Shown here: positions 1 through 9,359 of the stretch, one piece after another
How positions within the stretch are numbered: position 1 is the stretch's first letter
How the letters are laid out: each line of letters opens with the position of its first letter
From: Candidatus Rokuibacteriota bacterium
GTDB lineage: Bacteria; Methylomirabilota; Methylomirabilia; Rokubacteriales; CSP1-6
NCBI GenBank assembly: GCA_016184125.1
Contig: JACPDG010000037.1
Span: 107,502 to 171,501, forward strand
Direction of reading: 5' to 3'
Length of the DNA stretch: 64,000 nt
Notes under the pieces: generated by a model
The model's database searches: none
The model's input: the letters and a program-made list of their open reading frames with translations, nothing else
What the model was told of the DNA's origin: nothing
Position numbers and translations under genes: made by a program

Positions 1-41
1 GGCGCGCGCCTCGACGGGACCGGCCTTCGGGCATCCCGCTG

Positions 42-794
42 ATGCCACCGCGGTACGAGGTGATCGGCGTCGACGGCATCCCCGAGGTGCGCCCCGGGGA
101 CGACGTCGCCCGGCTGATCGTGGACGCGACACGCGCCCAGGGCACGCCGATCGTCGCGGGCGACGTCCTCGTGATCGGGCAGAAGATCGTGTCGAAGGCG
201 GAGGGGCGGCTCGTGCGCCTCGCGGACGTCGCGCCGTCGGCGATCGCGACGTCGATCGCGTCCGGGACCGGCCGCGACCCGCGGCTCGTCGAGATCATCC
301 TCCGCGAGTCCCGCCGCGTGGTGCGGATGGACAAGGGCGTGCTCATCACGGAGACGCACCACGGCTGGGTGTGCGCGAACGCGGGCGTCGACCAGTCCAA
401 CGTGGACGTCGACACCGTCGCGCTCCTGCCCGCCGATCCCGACGCGTCGGCGCGTGGGCTCCGCGAGACGATCCGCTCGCTCACCGCCCGCGAGGTCGCG
501 ATCATCATCGCGGACACGTTCGGGCGGCCGTGGCGCGAGGGGCTCACGAACGTGGCGATCGGGCTCGCGGGCTTCGCGCCGCTCAAGAGCTACATCGGCG
601 AGCTCGACTCCGCAGGCCGGCCGCTCTCCGCGACGATTCTCGCCGTGGCCGACGAGCTGGCGTCCGCGGCCGAGCTCGTGATGGGCAAGCTCGACCGCAT
701 TCCCGTCGCGATCGTCCGCGGGCTCCCCCTCACGCCGAGCGAGGAAGGGTCGAAGCCGCTGCTGCGTGACCCCGCGCGCGACCTGTTCCGCTGA
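42..794 (+). CDS. cofE: Coenzyme F420-0:L-glutamate ligase (CofE)
   Basis: 250 aa. Full-length similarity to archaeal/actinobacterial CofE (GIPEV..GDVLVI.QKIVSKAEGR, CANAGVD.SN, IIADTFGRPWREG). Start ATG overlaps the upstream gene stop (TGATG at 40-44). Confidence 0.85.
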   Translation: MPPRYEVIGVDGIPEVRPGDDVARLIVDATRAQGTPIVAGDVLVIGQKIVSKAEGRLVRLADVAPSAIATSIASGTGRDPRLVEIILRESRRVVRMDKGVLITETHHGWVCANAGVDQSNVDVDTVALLPADPDASARGLRETIRSLTAREVAIIIADTFGRPWREGLTNVAIGLAGFAPLKSYIGELDSAGRPLSATILAVADELASAAELVMGKLDRIPVAIVRGLPLTPSEEGSKPLLRDPARDLFR

Positions 795-795
795 G

Positions 796-843
796 AGTTC
801 GAGCAACAATCGACCGGCGCGCCGGTCGATTGTTGCTCGAACT
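796..843. repeat. 48-nt perfect palindrome (AGTTCGAGC-N30-GCTCGAACT) between cofE and npdG
   Basis: Verified self-reverse-complementary over all 48 nt. It begins 2 nt after the cofE stop. A second copy with identical 9-nt ends lies at 45365-45412. Confidence 0.9.
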
Positions 844-867
844 GAACCCCAGGAAGGAGGCACCCGC

Positions 868-1512
868 GTGAAGATCGCGATCCTCGGAGGCACCGGCAAG
901 GAGGGATTCGGGTTGGCCGCGCGGTGGGTCGAGCTCGACCACGCCATCGTCATCGGCTCGCGCGACGCCGAGCGCGCGCGCGCGAAGGCGGCGGAGCTCC
1001 GTGCCGCGACCGGGTGCCAGTCCATCACCGGGGCGTCGAACCGTGACGCGGCCGCCGAGGGTGACGTCGTCGTGGTCGCGCTGCCCGCGAACGGCCTCGC
1101 CAGCACGCTTCCCGACGTCCGCGACGGGTGCCGCGGCAAGGTCGTGATCTCGACCGTCGTGCCCCTCACCTTCGGCACGTCGCGCCTCTTCACGCCTCCC
1201 GCCGCCGGCTCGTCCGCGGAGGAGGTGCAGGCGCTCCTGCCCGAGGCGCGCGTCGTCGCGGCGTTCCACCACGTCGCCGCGCACGAGCTCAGCGAGACGG
1301 AGCACGAGATCGACTGCGACCTGCTCTACTGCGGAGGTGACGCGGACGCGAAGCAGGTCGCCGCCACGCTGGGTGCGTCGATGGGCCTGCGCCCGCTCGA
1401 CATCGGACCGCTCACGAACGCCGGGCCGCTCGAAGGCATCACCGCCGTGCTCGCGACGGTGAACCGCCGCTACAAGCTGAAGAACGCGGGGATCAAGATC
1501 ACGGGGGTGTGA
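868..1512 (+). CDS. npdG: NADPH-dependent F420 reductase (Fno/NpdG)
   Basis: GTG start preceded by GGAAGGAGG. The protein aligns end-to-end with F420H2:NADP+ oxidoreductase (ILGGTG..G.ALR, VVGSR, PLDIGPL). Confidence 0.85.
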   Translation: MKIAILGGTGKEGFGLAARWVELDHAIVIGSRDAERARAKAAELRAATGCQSITGASNRDAAAEGDVVVVALPANGLASTLPDVRDGCRGKVVISTVVPLTFGTSRLFTPPAAGSSAEEVQALLPEARVVAAFHHVAAHELSETEHEIDCDLLYCGGDADAKQVAATLGASMGLRPLDIGPLTNAGPLEGITAVLATVNRRYKLKNAGIKITGV

Positions 1513-1520
1513 ACCGATCT

Positions 1521-1643
1521 CATGGGGGGCCTCGAAGGGCCCCCCAAACCCCCCGAACGCTCGGCCACGCCCCGGGGAACCCGGGGCGTGCCTCGATCTC
1601 GCATGCGGCCGGGAGGGCCGACGTGGCGGCCAGTTCCCGTTTT
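1521..1643. repeat. GC-rich hairpin repeat element, copy A (CATGGGGGGCCTCGAAGGGCCCCCC...)
   Basis: Member of a ~110-125 bp family recurring at 13 or more loci in this window. It starts 9 nt after the npdG stop. Confidence 0.8.
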
Positions 1644-1650
1644 CTTCCTA

Positions 1651-2268
1651 TCAGGTGCGGAGCTCGGCGAGGAAGGCGCGGACCGCCTTCGTGTGGCTGC
1701 GCATCTCTACGAAGGACGCGAGACGGGCGAAGTCGAGCTCGGGAAGGAACTCGCTCGCGTCCCGCCGCTCGTACCCGGCGTCGGTCAGCCTGTAGATCTC
1801 GAAACCGCCCCTGCGCCAGAACCAGACCTCGGGAACTCCCAGGCCCTCGTAGATGGCGAGGCGATCGAGACCACGGCGGGTGATGATCACCTCGAACGCA
1901 ATGTCCGGGAATTCCTTCGCTTCCCAATCGTCGCCGAGGACGTAGCACTCATCGGGTTCGACGCCGCGCTCCTTCGCCTCCTTGCGGAAGGTCGTAGAAC
2001 CGAGGCCGTTCAAGGAAATGTCGCGATCGAGCGCATAGGCCTCGACCAACCGCCCGACGATCGACTTGACGTGCTCGTGCTTGCGCGATGGGCTCATGAT
2101 CTCGAGCGTCCCCTCGAGGTACGCCATGCGGGCGCCTGGTTGGTCGTCGCCGAACAGCTCGAGCAGGGCTTCGTACTGCTGCCAGGTGACGCCGGTCAGC
2201 AGCACCCACCGGTCGACGTCATCGGCTGGCGCGGCGGTCGTGTCGCGCTCGACAAGAGCAGGGTCCAT
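1651..2268 (-). CDS. Uma2-family (DUF820) putative restriction endonuclease
   Basis: 205 aa with a conserved Uma2 layout (YLEGTLEIMSP, CYVLGDDWE..PDIAFEVI, EVWFW). A paralog lies at 51341-51925. Confidence 0.7.
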   Translation of the reverse strand: MDPALVERDTTAAPADDVDRWVLLTGVTWQQYEALLELFGDDQPGARMAYLEGTLEIMSPSRKHEHVKSIVGRLVEAYALDRDISLNGLGSTTFRKEAKERGVEPDECYVLGDDWEAKEFPDIAFEVIITRRGLDRLAIYEGLGVPEVWFWRRGGFEIYRLTDAGYERRDASEFLPELDFARLASFVEMRSHTKAVRAFLAELRT

Positions 2269-2362
2269 GCATGTAGGGTATCAGAGCCCCGCGCGGCGGC
2301 GCTCACGCACCCGTGCTGGCCGGCGCCACCGATAGTGCTCGTGGCGGTCGGCGATGAGATAG

Positions 2363-3100
2363 TCAGGCATTAGCCGGCTGACAACCGAACGGCCACGCTT
2401 GACAATCGGCCGTCGACGTCACCAGCGCCCTCAGCACGGCGGCGACGTCGGCGAGATCCGCGAACAGCAGGTCGGAGCCGCAGGTCGCGAGGTCGGTGGC
2501 CGCGTGGTGGCCCGTCGCGACCGCCACCGCCACCGCGCCGCACGCCCGCGCGCAGTCGACATCGAGCGGCGTGTCCCCGATGATCACCACGCGGTCGAAC
2601 GGGACCTCGACGCCGGCAACGCCGCGGGCACGCGCGCATGCGATCGCCGGGAGCCTGCGGCGGTCGGCGTCGTCGGACCCGAACGCGCCGACCCGGAACA
2701 GCGGCCAGAGTCCCGTGTGACGCAGCTTCACGCGCGCGCCGCTCTCGATGTTCCCGGTGAGGAGGCCCACGATCGCGTCGGTGCGCGCCGCGAGCGCGCG
2801 CACCACGTCGGCCACCCCGGGCATGATCTCGACGCGCGCGCCGTCCCCGACGAGCGCCTCCAGCTCGAGCACGTATCGCTCGAAGCACTCGTCGAGGCGG
2901 CCCGCGATCGCGGCGTCGTCGAATCCCGCGTCGCGCAGGATGTCGAACACCGCCCGCGGATCGGTCTTGCCCCGGAAGTCGTAGCCGTCGATGCCCGCGC
3001 GCGTCCCGTAGACGGCCTCGAGGGCGCGCGCCATCGCGGCGCGGCCCGCGCCTCGCGCGCTCACCAGCGTGCCATCGACGTCGAAGAGGAAGAGCCGCAT
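2363..3100 (-). CDS. HAD-family hydrolase (phosphoglycolate phosphatase-like)
   Basis: Begins MRLFLFDVDGTLV (HAD motif I) and contains the IGDT.LDV motif. Start placed at the ATG at 3100, whose complement 'cat' is at 3098-3100. The ORF-track N-terminal extension is Arg-rich junk. Confidence 0.7.
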   Translation of the reverse strand: MRLFLFDVDGTLVSARGAGRAAMARALEAVYGTRAGIDGYDFRGKTDPRAVFDILRDAGFDDAAIAGRLDECFERYVLELEALVGDGARVEIMPGVADVVRALAARTDAIVGLLTGNIESGARVKLRHTGLWPLFRVGAFGSDDADRRRLPAIACARARGVAGVEVPFDRVVIIGDTPLDVDCARACGAVAVAVATGHHAATDLATCGSDLLFADLADVAAVLRALVTSTADCQAWPFGCQPANA

Positions 3101-3123
3101 CCGGGTCGCCACGCGCGTGACGC

Positions 3124-4272
3124 TCACCGCCCCGCCAGCCGCCGCAGCCGCTCGACGGCGGTCGCGACGGCGGCGAGCGCGTGGTCGATCTCCGCCCCGG
3201 TCGTCCATCGCCCGAGCGTGAACACGAGCGAGGCCTCGGCGTCCTCGCTGGGCAGCCCGATCGCGCGCAGCACGTGCGACGGCTCTCCCGTGAGCGTCGC
3301 GCACGCGGACCCCGAGGACGCCGCGATCCCGTGCAGGTCGAGCTCCAGCAGCACCGCCTCGGCCTTCACGCCGCCGATCACGACGCTCGCGTGGTGCGGC
3401 AGTCGCGCGGGCGGCTCCGGACCCGTGAGGCGCACGCCGGGCACCTGCGCCCGCAGCCCCGCGAGGAGCCGATCGCGCAGGCGCTCGATCCGACGCACCT
3501 CCCGGTCACGCTCGACGCAGGCGATGTCGGCGGCGACCCCCATGCCGACGATCCCGGGCAGATTCTGCGTCCCCGACCGGTACCCGTTCTCCTGGCCGCC
3601 GCCGAGCAGCACCGGCGCCAGCTTCACGTCCCGTCCGACCCACAGCACGCCGGTTCCGGGAGGACCGTGCAGGTCGTTGGACGACACGCTGAGGAGGTCG
3701 ATCGCGTCGTCGGTCACGCTCAGAGGAACGCGCCCCACCGCATGCACGCCGTCCACGTGCAGCGGCACGCCGCGGCGGCGAACGAGCGCGCCGATCTCGC
3801 GGACGGGCTGGAGCGTGCCGATCTCGCCGTTCGCGGCGCCGACGGACACGAGCGCGGTGTCGGTCCTGAGCGCGGACGCGACCGCCTCGGGGACGATCCG
3901 TCCGTCACGGCCGACGGGGACGAGCGTCACGTCCCAGCCGCGCTTGATCAGCGCGCGGCAGGCATTGAGGACCGCGATGTGCTCGACGGCCGACGTGACG
4001 ACGTGACGACCCGCCGCCCGCGCGGCGACGCCGAGCACGGCGAGGTTGATCGCCTCGGTCGCTCCCGACGTGAAGATCACGCCGTCGGGCCTGCCACCCA
4101 CCAGCCGCGCGACCCGCGCCCGGGCCTCGTCCAGCGCCGCGCGCGCGCGCCGCCCCGGCTCGTGGAGCGCCGACGGGTTCCCGAGACCGTCCTCGAGCGC
4201 GGCCATCATCGCCGCGACGACGCGTCGGTCGACCGGCGCGAGGCCGGAGAGGTCGAGGTAGGCGCGAGTCAC
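3124..4272 (-). CDS. Cysteine desulfurase (class V aminotransferase, IscS/NifS family)
   Basis: 382 aa with the motifs TSGATEAIN, SSNDLHGPPG, the active-site region SSGSAC and the PLP-lysine region. Confidence 0.85.
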   Translation of the reverse strand: MTRAYLDLSGLAPVDRRVVAAMMAALEDGLGNPSALHEPGRRARAALDEARARVARLVGGRPDGVIFTSGATEAINLAVLGVAARAAGRHVVTSAVEHIAVLNACRALIKRGWDVTLVPVGRDGRIVPEAVASALRTDTALVSVGAANGEIGTLQPVREIGALVRRRGVPLHVDGVHAVGRVPLSVTDDAIDLLSVSSNDLHGPPGTGVLWVGRDVKLAPVLLGGGQENGYRSGTQNLPGIVGMGVAADIACVERDREVRRIERLRDRLLAGLRAQVPGVRLTGPEPPARLPHHASVVIGGVKAEAVLLELDLHGIAASSGSACATLTGEPSHVLRAIGLPSEDAEASLVFTLGRWTTGAEIDHALAAVATAVERLRRLAGR

Positions 4273-4305
4273 GCGCGGAGCCCTGACGTGGCCCCTGACA
4301 CGCTC

Positions 4306-4536
4306 CTACCGTGTCTTCCGGACGAGGAAGCGGAAGACGACCCCACGCCTCTCGATCTCGAGGAGCTCGTTCCCGGACCTGGCGCTCCAACTCCGCATGT
4401 CCGCCTCGGACGCCGGATCGTCGGAGGTCATCGCGAGCACCTGCCCGGGATCGAGGGCGCGGAGCGCCTCGCGGGTCTTGAGGATCGGCATCGGGCAGTA
4501 GAGCCCGAGACAGTCGAGACACTTGTCGGGTATGAC
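4306..4536 (-). CDS. TusA-like sulfurtransferase (SirA/YedF/YeeD family)
   Basis: 77 aa. Has the CPMP signature (LGLYCPMPILKTREAL) and lies immediately downstream of the cysteine desulfurase. Confidence 0.7.
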   Translation of the reverse strand, partial: VIPDKCLDCLGLYCPMPILKTREALRALDPGQVLAMTSDDPASEADMRSWSARSGNELLEIERRGVVFRFLVRKTR

Positions 4537-4593
4537 AGCCATACGTCGAACGGAAATTCTCACATTGACACGCCACGGGGGCAACAGAGAATA

Positions 4594-5574
4594 ATGGCCG
4601 CTATGCGCGAGTCTCCCGTGGTCGCCGCGCGCGCCGGGAAGCGGGTCAGACAGAAGGTGCTCTGGGCGCTCGCGCTCTCGTCGGTGCTGCCGCTTCTCGT
4701 GCTCGCCTACGTCGTCCACGGGTACGTCGTGCCCGCGCTCGACCCGTCGGACCGCGTCCAGTTCGTGGGCCTCCAGGCCCTCGTCTTCTTCACGCTCGTG
4801 GCGATGATCGCGGGCGGCTGGATCATCTGGAGCGTCGGCCGCACCGTGGCGCGCATGGCCGACCTCATGGCCCGCGACCCGAGCATGACGCATCTTTCGA
4901 CGCGGACGGACGAGGTCGGCGCGCTCATGACGAGCTTCTCGAAGATGTTCGAGACGATCGAGCGGCAGGCGAACGAGATCAACAGCTTCGCGATGCGCCT
5001 GGACGCCGCGTACAAGGAGCTGGAGACGACGAACGCGCGCCTGAAGGAGACCTCGTTCAAGGACGAGGTGACGGGCCTCTACAACCGCCGGTTCTTCACG
5101 ATCCGCCTCGAGGAGGAGATCTCGCGCCACCGGCGCTTCAACCACCCGGTGTCCGTCGTCCTGCTCGACCTCGACGGCTTCAAGCAGGTCAACGACGAGC
5201 TCGGCCACGCCATCGGCGACGAGACCCTCCGCGACGTGGCGCAGATCCTCATGAAGCACTCGCGGGGCATCAACGTCGTCTCCCGCTACGGCGGGGACGA
5301 GTTCGCGATCCTGCTCGTGGAGACGTCGAAAGCGGGGGCGAGACTGTATGCCGACCGCATCCGCGAGGTGATCGCCAGGCACGCCTTCACCCACAGCAAG
5401 CGGGTGACGGCGAGCCTCGGCGTCGCGAGCCTGCCCGAGGACGACGTGGCGACCGCCGAGGACCTGTTCAAGCTCGCCGACGAGGCGCTCTACACCGCCA
5501 AGCGCCGGGGCAAGAACCAGGTCGCGGCCTCGGAATCGACGGAGAAGAAGACGTGGAACGCCGCGACCTCCTGA
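4594..5574 (+). CDS. Membrane-anchored diguanylate cyclase (2 TM + GGDEF)
   Basis: Two N-terminal hydrophobic helices followed by a GGDEF domain (RYGGDEF, DGFKQVND). ATG at 4594. Confidence 0.85.
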   Translation: MAAMRESPVVAARAGKRVRQKVLWALALSSVLPLLVLAYVVHGYVVPALDPSDRVQFVGLQALVFFTLVAMIAGGWIIWSVGRTVARMADLMARDPSMTHLSTRTDEVGALMTSFSKMFETIERQANEINSFAMRLDAAYKELETTNARLKETSFKDEVTGLYNRRFFTIRLEEEISRHRRFNHPVSVVLLDLDGFKQVNDELGHAIGDETLRDVAQILMKHSRGINVVSRYGGDEFAILLVETSKAGARLYADRIREVIARHAFTHSKRVTASLGVASLPEDDVATAEDLFKLADEALYTAKRRGKNQVAASESTEKKTWNAATS

Positions 5575-6605
5575 TCGTCGACGACGACTGGCAGGTCCGC
5601 GAGGTCCTGCACGAGATCTTCCTCTCGTCCGGCTACAACTGTCACCTGGCGCAGGACGGCCGCGAAGCGCTCGAGGTGTTTCGCGCGGCCCGGCCGCCGC
5701 TCGTCGTGACGGACCTCAAGATGCCGAACATGGACGGCATCCAGCTCCTGCACGCGATCCTGGCGGAGGAGGGTGACACCGCCGTCGTCATCCTCACCGG
5801 CGCCGCCGACGTCAAGACGGCGATCGACAGCCTGAAGCTCGGGGCCTACGACTTCATCATGAAGCCGGTGAACGTGGACGAGCTGGTGATCGCGGCGGAG
5901 CGGGCGCTCGAGCGGCGGAACCTGCTCATCGAGCGGCGCCAGTACCAGGCGTACCTGGAGCTGCGCGTCGAGGAGGCCACGCGGGACCTCCAGGCCGCGT
6001 ACCAGCAGCTCCAGGACACGTACCGGGCGACCCTCGAGGCGCTCGGCTCGGCGCTCGACACGCGCGACATCGGCACCGAGTCGCACTCGCGACGCGTCCA
6101 CGGGTACTCGCTCGCGACCGCGCGCGAGTACGGCGTACCGGAGGAACAGCTCTCCGACGTCGCGCACGGGGTGCTCCTCCACGACATCGGCAAGATCGGC
6201 ATCCCGGACGCCATCCTCCTCAAGCCCGGTCCGCTGACGCCGGAGGAATGGACGGTCATGCGCCGCCACCCCGAGATCGGCAAGCGCCTGATCGAGCGCA
6301 TCCCGTTCCTGCGCGGCGCGGTCCCGGTCGTCTACCATCATCACGAGCGCTGGGACGGCAGCGGCTATCCGCTCGGGCTCAAGGGTGAGGAGATCCCGCT
6401 CGGCGCGCGCATCTTCTCGGTGGTGGATGCGTTCGACGCGATGACGTTCGACCGCCCGTACTCCAAGGCCATCCCGATCGACGCGGCGAAGGGGGAGATC
6501 CGGCGCTGCTCGGGCTCGCACTTCGATCCGCTCGTCGCCGAGGCCTTCTTCCGCGTCCCGGAGCCGCTCCTCGCCGAGATCCGCCGCAAGAGCATCGAGC
6601 CCTGA
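5553..6605 (+). CDS. Response-regulator receiver + HD-GYP c-di-GMP phosphodiesterase
   Basis: REC domain (LLIVDDD..VTDLKMP) followed by an HD-GYP domain (HDIGKIGIP, HHERWDGSGYP). It overlaps the cyclase gene by 22 nt. Confidence 0.85.
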   Translation: MERRDLLIVDDDWQVREVLHEIFLSSGYNCHLAQDGREALEVFRAARPPLVVTDLKMPNMDGIQLLHAILAEEGDTAVVILTGAADVKTAIDSLKLGAYDFIMKPVNVDELVIAAERALERRNLLIERRQYQAYLELRVEEATRDLQAAYQQLQDTYRATLEALGSALDTRDIGTESHSRRVHGYSLATAREYGVPEEQLSDVAHGVLLHDIGKIGIPDAILLKPGPLTPEEWTVMRRHPEIGKRLIERIPFLRGAVPVVYHHHERWDGSGYPLGLKGEEIPLGARIFSVVDAFDAMTFDRPYSKAIPIDAAKGEIRRCSGSHFDPLVAEAFFRVPEPLLAEIRRKSIEP

Positions 6606-6659
6606 CGGGCGCTGCGTCACGTGCGCTAGAGCGTGACGCGCGGAATCCTCGCGGAGCGG

Positions 6660-6745
6660 CAAGTTCCTGGCCGGTGACTCTCTTTACCCCCCACGCTCGG
6701 AACCGGCCCGGGACACCCGGGCCGGTCCTCGACAGGCCGCCGGGT
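6660..6745. repeat. Partial (right-half) copy of the hairpin repeat family; convergent-gene hairpin
   Basis: ACGCTCGGAACCGGCCCGGGACACCCGGGCCGGTCCTCGA matches the right arm of the family. It contains the stem CCGGCCCGGG/CCCGGGCCGG. Confidence 0.5.
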
Positions 6746-8226
6746 CAGCCGAGCTCGGCGGTGAGCGCGCGGATGGTCGCCCGCACGTCCTCGACCGTAT
6801 CCGTCGGGACGCCGGCCTGGAGCGCGCTCTCGACGAGGACGCCAAGCTTCTCGACCTGCACGCGCGCGGACTCCCGGTTGCCCATCTCGGCGACTTCGCG
6901 GATGACTGCCGCCCGGTCCTCGACCAACCGCTGCAGCGCGTCCGCGAGCAAGGCTCCCGGCTCCTGGCGCCGTGACTCGTCGTCGCCGGCGTAGGTCAGC
7001 GCACGCAGCAGTGCCTTCACCGCGTCCTCGTGCTCTCCGGCTTCCAGCCGGCGCATCCCGGTCTTCGTGTACGCGAGCCAGAGGCGCCGGGCGATCTCCT
7101 GGTACCGGTCGGGATGCAACGCGTCGCCGCTCTCGGTCAGCAGGCTCTCCGCCTGATCGAGTGTGGACGCGACCTCCCACTCACGGCCCTGCTGGGTGTC
7201 GCGAATCGCCGCGGCGGTCAGCTGACCGATCTCCGAGCCGAGCACCTCGGCGTGGAGCTCGTCGAAGGCCTCGCGCGTGGCCGCCGGAAGCCCGGGGTCG
7301 GCACGCGCCTCGACGAGGAGGCCGCGGGCGGCCGCGAACTCCTGGCGGCGCACGAGGCCGCGGATCACGCTCTCGCTCGCCGACCAGTAGCCGGTGTTCA
7401 CCGCCTCGCGCGCAGCGGCAATGCCCTCGTCGCCCGGGCGCTCGTTCTGCGCGCGCTCGAGCCAGGTCCGTGCCTCGCGCAGCAGGGCGAGGCGGCGCTC
7501 GTCGGGGAGCCCGCGACACCGCGTGAGGATGTCGCTCGCGACGGAGAGCGCGAGCGACGCGAGCTGCACGCGGAACGTCTCGCGCTCGGCTTGGGGCGCC
7601 ACGTCGATGGCGCGCTCGAGCGCGGTGCGCGCGGCCTCGTGATCGCCGAGCCGCTCCCGGGCGCGACCGACGAGGTTCCAGAGGGCGGCCTGCTCGCGGG
7701 GACTCGGCGCAGCCTCGTCGCCGGCGGCGAGCGCCGCCGTCGCCTGCGTCACGACATCGACGAAGCGCCCGCCCTCGAAGAGCGCCTGGCACTGCTCGAA
7801 GGGCGGCAACCGCGCGGGCGGCGGCGTGGGGCCGGCGTCGCCGGCGTCGGCACCGGACGGCAGCTCGAGCTGCGGCGTCGGAACCGCGTCCGAGGGACGG
7901 CGCGACACCGCGTCCGGGGAAACGACGGTCGACGGGCGCGCTCCACCGCGCGGGCGGCGACTCGGCACGGGGCCGGCGCGCCGCGGCATCTCCGACGCCG
8001 CCTCGCCGCCGCGCGACTCGTCGGCGACGTCCGGCGCCCGGCCAGCGGGTTCGGGAGCTGCGAGCTGCGTGATGGATCGCGGGGGCGCCGGCCGCGCCGC
8101 GGGACGGGGGCGCGGACGCCGGCTGTCGACCTCGCGCGTCGGCCAGAGCAGCTCGAGGACCGAGAACAGGATGAGCCCGGACGCGATCAGCGTGCCGGCC
8201 AGCACGAGGACGACGTCGATCAACAC
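6745..8226 (-). CDS. Hypothetical membrane-anchored TPR-like repeat protein
   Basis: Start placed at the in-frame GTG at 8226 (VLIDVVLVLAGTLIASGLILFSV is a TM helix). The protein then has a Pro/Ala-rich linker and a C-terminal alpha-helical TPR-like region. The ORF-track N-terminal extension overlaps the Gfo/Idh/MocA gene and is rejected. Confidence 0.45.
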   Translation of the reverse strand: MLIDVVLVLAGTLIASGLILFSVLELLWPTREVDSRRPRPRPAARPAPPRSITQLAAPEPAGRAPDVADESRGGEAASEMPRRAGPVPSRRPRGGARPSTVVSPDAVSRRPSDAVPTPQLELPSGADAGDAGPTPPPARLPPFEQCQALFEGGRFVDVVTQATAALAAGDEAAPSPREQAALWNLVGRARERLGDHEAARTALERAIDVAPQAERETFRVQLASLALSVASDILTRCRGLPDERRLALLREARTWLERAQNERPGDEGIAAAREAVNTGYWSASESVIRGLVRRQEFAAARGLLVEARADPGLPAATREAFDELHAEVLGSEIGQLTAAAIRDTQQGREWEVASTLDQAESLLTESGDALHPDRYQEIARRLWLAYTKTGMRRLEAGEHEDAVKALLRALTYAGDDESRRQEPGALLADALQRLVEDRAAVIREVAEMGNRESARVQVEKLGVLVESALQAGVPTDTVEDVRATIRALTAELG

Positions 8227-9200
8227 GCGACCTCGACGGCACGGCCCTCGGCGGCCGATCGATAGGCGGCGAGCACGATCGCCAGGTCGCGGCGACCGTC
8301 CGGGCCGTCGGTCTCGGGCGGCTTGCCCGTCGCGATGGCGTCGCGGAAGGCACGGAGCATGGCCTCGTGACCTCGTACGTCCCGACGGAAGAGCTTGATC
8401 CGCGGCCGTCCGGCGCCGCGCAGGACGAGGAACCGGCCCCGGTTGTCGGCGAAGCAGGTCGCGCGGATGCCGGTCAGCGTGGACCACTGGAGGCGCGGAA
8501 CACCGGGCGCCGCCAGCGAGTTCGACACGAACCCCACGGCGCCGCCGGGCAGCGTCGCGAGCACGTCGATCGCGTCTTCCCCCTCGAGCTCCGGAAACGT
8601 CCGGGGAGGACGAAGCGCGTAGACCGACCGCACTTCGCCCCCCCACCATCGCAGCATGTGGATGTAGTGGATCCCCCCGTCGATCAGGGTCCCTCCACCC
8701 ATCTGCGCCGCGGCGGTCCGCCAGCCGGCGTGCCGCCGAAAGCCGCGGGCGACGAGGTGGACCTCGCGGAGCGAGCCGAGCGCCCCCTCGTCCACCCAGG
8801 CCCGCACGCGGCGGAACGCGGGCATCCAGTGGACGTTCTCGCCCACCATCAGGATGCGATCGGCAGCGCGCGCCGCCGCGATGATGCAGTCGGCCTCCTC
8901 GATCGTGCGCGCGATCGGCTTCTCGACGAGGACGTGCTTGCCGGCGGCGAGCACCGCGAGCGTGTCGTCGACGTGCCGGTCGTGAGGCGTGCACACGACG
9001 GCGGCCGTCGCACGCCCGTCGGTGAGCGCGCCGGCGTAGTCGCCGACGGCGTCGATGCCGCCGAACTCGCGCGCGTACGCGCGGGCGCGCAACGGATCCC
9101 GGCTCGCGAAGATGACCGGGATCCCGAGCCGTCGCGCCGCGGCGGCGTGACGACGGGCGATCCACCCGCAGCCGAGCAGGACCACCGCGTCCGAAGCCAT
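8220..9200 (-). CDS. Gfo/Idh/MocA-family NAD(P)-dependent oxidoreductase
   Basis: Rossmann N-terminus LLGCGWIARRHA, the EKP motif (VLVEKPIA) and a C-terminal GFO_IDH_MocA_C region. Confidence 0.8.
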   Translation of the reverse strand: MASDAVVLLGCGWIARRHAAAARRLGIPVIFASRDPLRARAYAREFGGIDAVGDYAGALTDGRATAAVVCTPHDRHVDDTLAVLAAGKHVLVEKPIARTIEEADCIIAAARAADRILMVGENVHWMPAFRRVRAWVDEGALGSLREVHLVARGFRRHAGWRTAAAQMGGGTLIDGGIHYIHMLRWWGGEVRSVYALRPPRTFPELEGEDAIDVLATLPGGAVGFVSNSLAAPGVPRLQWSTLTGIRATCFADNRGRFLVLRGAGRPRIKLFRRDVRGHEAMLRAFRDAIATGKPPETDGPDGRRDLAIVLAAYRSAAEGRAVEVAC

Positions 9201-9359
9201 TCTGCCTGATGCTAGCACCGCGGTCGTGTCGCTCTGCTATCATGGGAAATGTTTTCCACACCCTCGGCTCCCCCGCTTGGCCGAGCGCGAACCCGAGGAG
9301 CGCCGGGGGGTGTGGGGGACCCGTCGCGGGTCCCACACTCGATCGGTCCAGGAGGACCT

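Noticed and set aside
796-843. The 48-nt palindromes as possible integron attC sites.
   Set aside because: They are perfect palindromes, whereas attC sites need extrahelical bases and imperfect pairing. Their ends do not fit the GTTRRRY / RYYYAAC core rules, and no intI-like integrase or attI is nearby.
2399-4006. Numerous long ORFs in the six-frame track antisense to or overlapping well-supported genes (for example 3181-4590 N-terminal part, 5490-6662, 16031-17941, 17785-19365, 19615-21207, 21208-22776, 25875-27221, 31217-33508, 33189-34664, 34780-36114, 36992-38623, 38287-40854, 42392-43570, 49681-51183, 51922-55284, 52836-56540, 57526-59931, 61969-63696).
   Set aside because: At ~72% GC, stop codons are rare on every frame. 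These ORFs are Arg/Pro/Ala-rich with no domain signatures, and each overlaps a gene on another frame that has clear family motifs.
6745-9336. An 863-aa ORF suggesting one giant protein.
   Set aside because: Its N-terminal 370 codons overlap the Gfo/Idh/MocA oxidoreductase gene on another frame and are low-complexity Arg/Gly/Pro. The plausible gene starts at the GTG at 8226 with a TM helix.
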